Assembly: GCA_030141605.1 (NCBI GenBank)
Contig: JAQGDQ010000121.1
Location: 186,001-250,000 of the forward strand
DNA: 64,000 bases
DNA from: Tubiluchus corallicola
Lineage: Eukaryota; Animalia; Priapulida
Reading direction: 5' to 3'
In this document: positions 1 through 8,400 of the stretch, piece by piece
Numbering within the stretch: position 1 is the stretch's first letter
How the letters are laid out: each line of letters starts with the position of its first letter
The notes under the pieces: model-generated
Told to the model about the DNA's origin: nothing
Databases searched by the model: none
What the model saw: the letters and a program-made list of their open reading frames with translations, nothing else
Translations under genes and position numbers: made by a program

Positions 1-299
1 GTATAATCTATTTGTCAATACATTTCAAAACAGTACACAGGGTTTTCCATTGAGGTAGATTGAGAACATCTATCTTTCGAATTTAAAGCACCAAAAAGTA
101 ATCATTTTGCGCAAAACTACTGCAAACATGTAATTTTCGTAACTGAACATACCGTTTAATTTTGGTTAATAAAATTGGTTTTCTTTTGTTAATTAATTCT
201 GTGATTTATTGTAAATTCTCACGCCATCTCCCCTTTTGCAAGATAATAAAATCGTCTGATTAAATGCTTGAATGGTATATAAAACTGACGAAGAAGAGA

Positions 300-370
300 G
301 AATCATCCCTTCCTGACTTGGACGCAGTACGTCAAAGTTTTTTCTTTCCTTAGTACGAAAGTTGTATTAG
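300..370 (+). other. Probable 5' non-coding exon of the NIPSNAP-like gene (start approximate)
   Basis: Strong donor TAG|GTAAGT at 370/371, matched by acceptor ctttttaaaacag| at 773, 17 nt upstream of the ATG at 791. The transcription start is not determinable. Confidence 0.5.
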
Positions 371-790
371 GTAAGTGCACAGTTGGAGTTATTAAAGATG
401 GTTTTATTAATATTGAGAAACCGTGTCTTTAACAAGCAGGCGTACACAGGCGGATTTTCCAAAATAGTTATTCAAGGTTACGTGTGTTGAAGCTTAATAA
501 CAAATTAGATTAATACAGAGTAAAATGAATGGTGTTTTGACATTGAAAAATAGCGCCTATAGAAAATTCTTCGTATGCCTGAGAGTTGCATTTGTTTTCC
601 TTTTTCTCGTGATTATATTTAACAGTTCAGCAATAAAATTCCCTTCAATGAGTATTTTAATGGATACTCAAGTTAACTTAGACCCGAATAGTTTTGGCAA
701 CATTGAGGTCAGTTAGCCTTATGTGTATGTGATCGGGATCGATTACTCACGCATTCTATTCTTTTTAAAACAGCTGGTTTATAAGTCATC

Positions 791-986
791 ATGTGTGACA
801 TCAAGTTCTCAGACACCATCTACATCACTGAGGTGGTGCAGGTGAAGCCGGAATTTTACATGGAGTACAGGAAAGCCGTGAAGGCGATGATTGATGCTGA
901 GCCTGAGAAGGCCACACCTCTCGTAGGAATGTGGGAGCTGGATCAGGGTGGACCTGCTCTTACCTACATTCTACTTTTGAGGTTTG
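791..986 (+). CDS. NIPSNAP-like coding exon 1
   Basis: ATG 791; donor TTG|GTGAGT at 986/987. Confidence 0.85.
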
Positions 987-3380
987 GTGAGTACATGAAG
1001 TCAAACTTTTACGTCTGATAAACTATTATTACTAAAATTTTGTTTTCATATTTACGCACTTTATATTTATTTAACTGCAATTAACTATTGCATCGCGCAG
1101 CTGGTAAATCTCTATGTAACATATCAATAGCAGATAAATAGCACTATGTTTAATTTTAGCAGCATTTGCCGAGAATGAATTTTAGTATTGTGTCCGTAGG
1201 GTTTCCAATCCCAACGAATTTGCAACCTATGTTAATGACAGGGAATGATAAAAATTACGTTTGCTATTTAAGGTTTTACATCCAAAACAATTTGTAACAT
1301 ATTCTGCCTTCAGTATTCGTTTCAACGTTGTTCTTCAGTCTCACATTGAATTACAATATTATATTAACGTTTAATCTTCAGCCATTTCAATCATACTGAA
1401 TTTTTACACTAATTAATTTTTTTATCCCCAGCTTCTCAGAAGGAGAAATTGGAAACACAGAAGAAGCTGCATGGGGAGGGAACCTTTGAGAAATTCATTA
1501 CTAAGATCGGTCCAATGGTTAACCAATTGAGTCTGAAGACTTATCGTGCATTGCCTGGGTTCGAACTGCAGAATCTTTCAAAGGGCTGTAAGTTGTTTAC
1601 TTAGTAATTTACTTAGAAGGAATAAAGAAACGGGTAAATGAATCGGAGTGAATGAATAAGTTACAACAAATGAATGAACAAACGAACAAACAGATAAATG
1701 CTTGCATAAATAAATGAATGAATGAGTGAGTGAGTTAATGAATGAATGAGAGTGAGTTAATGAATGAATGGTGAATGAATGAATGTGTGAATGAATGAAT
1801 GAATGAATGAATGAATGAATGAATGAATGAATGAATGAATGAATGAATGCAAGTTAATAAATAAGAAAACCTGAGAAAATTAGGTAATTGAAGAAAAAAG
1901 AATGCAAGGAACACGCAAATGAAAGAATGAACTCGACTAGTTAATGAAGAAATTCGGCACATATAAGGACGAGTTAAAACCAATTAAACTGTGTGACGTT
2001 CAGTATTTAACTGTATAAAGACTGTCCTTTGTGTTTATAGGCTACTACGAGGCCGTCCGATATGAATTTTCTGACCCCAGGGCTCACAAATGGGCGCCAC
2101 AATGGTGCAACATCCAAAAGCAAGCCCAGAAGCATTTAGAAAAGTGTGGCGGTCATACAGTTGGTGCCTTTGCCTGCGAATATGGTGCCCCAACCGGCGG
2201 TCGTAAGTATCTATTTTCTTTTACTAAGTTTAATAAACAGCCATTATTTTGCTGCGTATAGCAAAGCTCCGCTTACAAAGTCCTACTTGATGCGCTGTTA
2301 AGAAAGGTTCACAAAGCTCAGAATGATCACAAAACGCTTTACACTGCACTATAATGGCTACAGTAGATAGGCACTGCACTGCAACTATATCAAGTGAAAC
2401 TGTAACTATGTAAATGGGTTAGCCCATGATCAAGTATAGTGTGTTCACATCAGGCACAGCTAGTAAAAGCAAACACTCAACTTAACACGAACAAGTAGCT
2501 ACAAGCAAACATAATTTACAAGAAATAATAATCAGTGACACTAGATTGTAACATCCTTTTACTATAAGCTGGTTTATAGCAAAAAGAATATTGATCAAAG
2601 ATTATAATTATGACGGTTTTCACGGTTTATTTAACTCCCTCATTTTGTTTCAGTTTTATACATTGTGCAATATCCTTCTCCCGAAGTTCACATGAAATGC
2701 TTTGACGCTGTAATGTCAGATAAGACTCTGCAGGAGAGCAGTAAGTATAGACTTAACATGATCTACCATAAGTGATAATAGTTACATAAAACTAATAAAT
2801 TAACGTTTTGCAAGAGTTGGTACCATTAAGATTTTGTTTTTGTGGCTTTCAATTTAATTGCTTGTTTTCAAAAACTTACAGTGGATATTTGCTTTATTTC
2901 TTATGTCCTACCGTCGTGGGAATCCAATTGATTCTCAAAGAATCCATCCTCTTTTTACAGCCCGCGAAACCAAAAACTTGTTATATATCTGAGCAGCACG
3001 TAATAATTACAGTAAAATGTACATTTGCTAAAAGAAATTTGCATGACCATTTGCTCAAATACTTTAGTAAAACCGTAGCATTAAAGAATAGTTTAATGAA
3101 TGTTTATAAATTATTACTGCGTAGATACAAGTTTTTTAATCATACGTAATTTCGGAAGCAACTGTTCCCTTCATCAGATCTATGTGAAAGTCCTAGGCCA
3201 TAAAAACTCCGTAAAAGTTTCCATATAAACGTGATGAAGGAAATACTTATATTCGTAAACGCTTAGCTAGCGGGGAATAAAGCCTACCTTATTTTTTCAG
3301 TTGACAAGTTTGCTCCAATTTTGCGCCACATCGAGAACTCTTGCCTGAAGCCATGCGAGGAATTTGGCTGCTTCAAGTAA
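791..3380 (+). CDS. Divergent NIPSNAP-like protein (two tandem alpha+beta NIPSNAP-type domains), 226 aa; join(791..986,1432..1587,2041..2202,2654..2740,3301..3380)
   Basis: Five exons with canonical GT-AG ends, all phase 1, total 681 nt ending in TAA at 3378-3380. Translation MCDIKFSDTIYITEVVQVKPEF...LVGMWELDQGGPALTYILLLRFAS...YYEAVRYEF...TVGAFACEYGAPTGGLLYIVQYPSPE...LKPCEEFGCFK repeats a NIPSNAP-like pattern twice (YE-x-R-Y strand; VG-x-W/F-xx-E/D-x-G; hydrophobic strand + Y/F-x-S + helix; C-terminal L-x-P). Family call is by eye, not by database search. Confidence 0.75.
1432..1587 (+). CDS. NIPSNAP-like coding exon 2 (not in ORF track)
   Basis: Acceptor tttttatccccag| at 1431; open frame (A)SQKEKLETQKK...NLSKG; donor GCT|GTAAGT at 1587/1588. 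Confidence 0.85.
1713..1849. repeat. (AATG)n microsatellite in NIPSNAP-like intron
   Basis: Direct reading. Confidence 0.95.
2041..2202 (+). CDS. NIPSNAP-like coding exon 3
   Basis: Acceptor ctttgtgtttatag| at 2040; (C)YYEAVRYEF...GAPTGG; donor GTC|GTAAGT at 2202/2203. Confidence 0.85.
2654..2740 (+). CDS. NIPSNAP-like coding exon 4 (not in ORF track)
   Basis: Acceptor ttttgtttcag| at 2653; (L)LYIVQYPSPEVHMKCFDAVMSDKTLQES; donor GCA|GTAAGT at 2740/2741. Confidence 0.85.
3138..3262. mobile_element. Inverted pair of degenerate hammerhead-like motifs (Penelope-like/retrozyme-type remnant) in the last intron of the NIPSNAP-like gene
   Basis: Minus strand CTGATGA-A-GGGAAcagttgcTTCC-GAAA (3177-3150); plus strand gTGATGAAGGAAatacttataTTCgtAAAC (3231-3260). 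Confidence 0.4.
3301..3380 (+). CDS. NIPSNAP-like terminal coding exon (not in ORF track)
   Basis: Acceptor attttttcag| at 3300; (I)DKFAPILRHIENSCLKPCEEFGCFK-stop. Confidence 0.85.
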
Positions 3381-3497
3381 ACCTGTCAGCGGTGCGCAGT
3401 TACGGAGGGACGTAGTGAAATGAAGTCTCGTGTCATTAGACATAATGAGTTACAATCATGTTACCACAAAAATTTATAATGATGATTTCTTTTTATT

Positions 3498-3511
3498 ATT
3501 AAAGCAATAAA
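3498..3511 (+). terminator. Likely polyadenylation signal(s) of the NIPSNAP-like gene
   Basis: ATTAAA 3498-3503 and AATAAA 3506-3511, about 120 nt after the stop, followed by T-rich sequence. Confidence 0.55.
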
Positions 3512-4066
3512 ACTGGTGTTAATTTTTTTCTAAATTTCTAATAGCTTTTAATTTTTAATTATAGTCCTGTTTTCATAATGAAGTTGTCAGTTAAAGTGAA
3601 AGCTTAATTGTGCTATCGCAATGTTGACTCAGAATTTTGATTTTTCCAACAAAATGGTAGATGTGACATGGCCGAGAAAAAATTGCAAAAAAGTCCTGAG
3701 GTTGCACCAACTGTAAATGAGAAAAAAGAAACATGAAAGTAGTGAGAGTGCTTCGACTACAACAAAGAAAATAAGAAACACAGCAAGTACTTCAAATAAT
3801 AGATTAGCTGCAGCGCAGAAAAAGAAAAAGAAAAGTGGAGAAAATGTGTCAGTTGGTAAAAATAAAAAAAAAATGAAACACTGGAAACACAATTGAAGGC
3901 ATACATCTTCTACTGCACAAAAATAAGAGTAGTGAGGATGAGCCAACTACAGCACAAAAAACGACATAACAACAAACACACAGAAAATACTACATCAGCA
4001 ATACTGCTGATTTCCTGGTTAAACGACTAGGAGTTGAAAATAAACTAACTCTGTAGTTCTTGAAAA

Positions 4067-4086
4067 TAATAAATTATGATTTATTA
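4067..4086 (-). terminator. Candidate protocadherin polyadenylation signal inside a palindrome carrying AATAAA on both strands
   Basis: taataaat-tatg-atttatta: minus-strand AATAAA at 4080-4085, plus-strand AATAAA at 4068-4073; GT-rich tract further downstream on the minus strand (~3950-3990). Confidence 0.4.
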
Positions 4087-4901
4087 AATGTATTTACATT
4101 TTTGCTCAGTACAATCTATAAATAATAATTTACAAATGAAGTTGAACTTCAAGCATAGTTATTAAACAATAATAATAATAATAATAATAACAGTTATACG
4201 TATTTACAGAAAAAAATCCTATTGCTAGCGAACTACGCGACATTGACATCCATATTTACATAACGTTATTTATATAATAACCTACTTAAATGTAAACAAT
4301 AACAGCAAAATTAACTAACAAATACTTCAATATTAACATATTTGAATAAACAGTATTAAAATATTGTTGACAAGTGGATACAGGCCCTACTTAACTTAGT
4401 AAAATGTCAAATTAAATTGTACATCTAATTTTACACCATGTTCAAAAACATGATGTTTAGATTTCCTGAAAGCTTTAATGCAAAAACTGATTAGGTTCTC
4501 CAGTGTGGAGAAGAATTGGTCAATTTATTAAGTGATTTACATTTAAAATTATACCTAGAGCCCATCCACATGCAATCTTAGACAGTTGTTTATTAATGCA
4601 ATTTTCTTGTTTACCAGAATAAGAAAAAATTAAATGTGAGTTTGAGATTTTTGGTTATGAGGTTTAACAAGCAGGTGCATGCATGAACACACATATTTAG
4701 GTTATAAGCAAGGCGGCAAATTTTAATACGATTATGAAAGAATTTGAATTTTACTGTTCTACGTTCGCTTTTAAAAGTCTACAGCTAATGTACTCCTACT
4801 AAAAGGTTCAGACGGTCGGTTTTTAAAACAATTTAAAGCAAAACTACGTCAGCACACAAAAAACTACCGTCAGTCTATCATTCTCTAACACTGAGGTGAC
4901 G

Positions 4902-5428
4902 TTAAACGAAATGAGAGAAAGATTTATTGAGTTCCTGACAAATTTTGTCCACACTTGCGCGATCAGCATCGGACTGATTGATGATGTCATCAACGTCTTC
5001 CGCGCATGAGCAGTTGCCGTCCGTATCAATGCCTGACGTCACAGAAGCATCGTCATATTCGGAGAAAATTTCCGCTACGGGTTCGTAAAAATGTTCGTCC
5101 GGATACGCCAACTTACGGATTTCCGCGTGAATAGGCAAGTGGGCATTGTGCGATGCTGACATCTGTGGCCGAGAAGGGGAATATTGTGCATCAGCCGTCG
5201 CAAATCGGCGAGGTGTTTTCGCCAAGGCTTTCACCCCATTTTTCGTGACGACGTATTGTAGTTCCTTGGTTCCAGGTTTATGTGGAACGGAACAGTTAGA
5301 CAAATGTGCCATTCCGGCTTTATTTGAAATGGAACGACTAGACGAGTGTGTCGTTCCGGTAGTGTCGTCTTGACTGCTCATAGATGTCTGACTGCTCGGG
5401 CTGACACTGCTCGAACCATAAAAACCGG
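4902..5428 (-). CDS. Protocadherin terminal coding exon ((A)GFYGSSSVSPSS...ELNKSFSHFV-stop)
   Basis: Acceptor ttttattctag| at 5429, phase 1, continuous with ORF 4902..5381. Confidence 0.85.
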
Positions 5429-8400
5429 CTAGAATAAAACAAAGAACCGTTAGTTAGAAAAGAAGCCTGCTGCAAATGTGGATAAAATAAGCTAAAATTT
5501 TAGACAACCTTTTGCAGCTAAAAGAGCTAAAAGGTTGTGCACATAAATTGTTTCTAAACAAATATTTGAACATTTAAACATTTTAACAACTTAAACAACT
5601 TAAACATTTTGAGAGTTAACATTTTGTTCTTATGTCACATCAGACAAATGCCACAGATTATGGGTTACGTAAAAGGGAAAAAATTATTAATGAAAAACTA
5701 GTATTTATATAAGGATGAGTGTGTGAAAAATTCTAGGGCGTAATGTTAGAGCAAATGATAATTCGCAAATATAATATAATTTAATAACGAAGCTATCTAA
5801 ATTAGTAATTTATTAGTGTAACTTAATTTTAAGAAACTACGTCGAAATAAATTTTAACGGCGCTAGTAAATAAATTTCGAAATAAATATTAAAAAGAAAG
5901 ACGAGATTTCGCTGTGACTTTTGACTAATATGCAGTGCATAAACTGGTAAAAGCTGAATGTACCTCTTTAAACTTAAGGAATAGAGGGAGGCCGTTAAGG
6001 ACTCAGTAGAGGAGCAAACGCACGCTTCCACGTGAATTTCGTAAAACCTCTTAAAGTCACTATAAGAAGCGTTAAGAAAGGGCCAATTATGTAGAGCCAG
6101 CATAAAGTAAAAATCAATTCTAATTTGTGTATGAAATCTGGTGGTTTAGCAAAATCTCGCCTTCCTGTAACATCTATGAACTAAAATACAGCTAGAGAGA
6201 AATTATAATAGTGCAACTACACCTGAGAATCACGTAATAGAGGTCACGCAAAGGTCATGATCATCGGAGGTCGGTTACGCAACTTACCATCACCATTGTT
6301 CTTACTAGACGCAGTCAGCAAGTGAGAGGGTTAGCGTGAAGGTAAAAATAGAACGAGTGTATTAGTACGTAAGTAGGTGAAGAAAAATAGTAAATAACGT
6401 ATACATGCATAGTGAGATAGGTCTCACATGACGTCACAACATTGTGCAATTGTGCAATAAGGACCTTTTCTAATGAAATATACAATATACGGAATGTTCG
6501 ATTCAGAATCTGTGGTTTTGTCTATCATAGTATGTTAAAAGAAAGCAGCAAAAAAGTAAATATATCTATGATAGTTTAGTAGTCAGTAACAATAGATTTA
6601 GAAATTCAATACTTCTGATAATGTACGTCCAATTTCGGAAGTTGTCATCACTAGTTCAGACATTGATATATTTTCAATAGCCGCATTTGTGCAAAAACAA
6701 CAGCACTAATAAATGGTCAACAGAGTCAAATTTTTTAAACTAAGAAGGAAATGGGAGAAAGTTGGGGTTTGGCCTGGATTTTAAACTGAGATATTTGGAT
6801 TAAAGCGCAACGCCAAGACAATTAGATCACACAGCTCCTAATCAAGGGTATTCATTAGTTAAATATTAATTACTCACTAACTAGCTACGATTTGCTTTTG
6901 ATTCGTAAACTAATAGAATTGAATTAAAGTATACTTTGACCATATGAGTACTAACATGAACAGCATTTTTAATCTGACTCAAATAACTTTATATTTTTAA
7001 AATACAAATGCGTGATGCAATTGTAATTTATAAATCTTTTGAAGCTTGATTTCAATTACGAGGTTGTTGGATACATAACACATTAGATCTCTAAACTGAA
7101 TAAGAAGCCAACAGTTAAATCAAATGTCATGCTATGCCACCATACTTTTGACTTAAGACTGATACTCTTGTTGAAATGTAGGCCTATGCAGAGACATCTG
7201 GGTGCGAAAGTGCGAAACACGCAAAGACGACCGTGTTTTAAGAATTCAGTGCACGTGCGCTTTATGTTAGTAAGAATCAACACATATTTACCTTGAATTA
7301 CCTTCACTCGGGTCGCTTTCGCTGGAGGTATATCCTCCATTTGACGGCACAGAAACCGGAAGATAGGTGACAAATTTCGTTCCAGACGTGGAATCGCTGG
7401 ACGACTCTTGGACACTGTCAGCATAGCCAGTGTCCACTGACATACTGCTGTCACCGTTGCCGTTCTTATATTCCTAGAAAACGTTCACATTTAAAGTTTA
7501 TGAAAATGGCTCTCTAAGTATGGATAATTAAGAAAGTTAGACATGTATGATTGCTTTTGAAGCAGTGAGATATAGGCTGTTTACTTACTGGAGGAATGGC
7601 AGCAGCACATCGAGGATTTGGTGTTCTCCTTATTTGAGGAAGGCTTGGCAAATTTTTGTGCTCAACGTACTCGTTTTCAACACGATTTCTCACTGGAGGC
7701 ATGACCAAACCATTACATCCCTGACCATGAGGACTCTGTAACGCAAAAAATGTGGTGTTCAAAATTAGGTGTCAGTAGATCTTGCACGTCAAGTATACCA
7801 AATGAGAATAAACACAAAGAGAGATTGGCAGAAGGATAGATCATTAAACAAAAAGAAATAAATCTGTGTGAGGAGTGGAAAAACATAAAAAGCAAGAGAA
7901 TGTAAAGTGGAAAAAAGGAAGGTGAAGAAAAGAGAAAGAATGACGAAAAAGGAAAAAACGGCAAGGGGAAAAAGAACAAAAAAGTATGTAGCAACCACCA
8001 AACTTTGAAAGCCAAAAATGTTTAAATGAAGCAAACTATCAAATAGATTTAGATGCACAACAATTACATTACAACTGAGTAAACGAAGAAACCAATCAAC
8101 TAATTGATTAATAAGCCAGCCAAGCAACCAACAATCAACCTTCCAACAACCAACCAACCAATCAATCAACTAACTAAACAACCAATCAAACAACCAACCA
8201 ACCAACAAACAACCAAAAACAAATAAATAATATACTGTTTGGCACTTTCACCAGAAATAGACTATTCCTAAAGAAGACTTACTGTAGTAGTTGAGCTTGT
8301 TTGAGATGGTCCTCTAGAGTTGAACACCCAGCTAAAGTTGCCAGTCATACCGGACTCACACCGGTCTTGTTCACAATGACCACAACAGTCTCCAGTCTTT

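Noticed and set aside
7083-7454. 123-aa minus-strand ORF
   Set aside because: Out-of-frame overlap with the true 7473-7302 exon, running into the intron.
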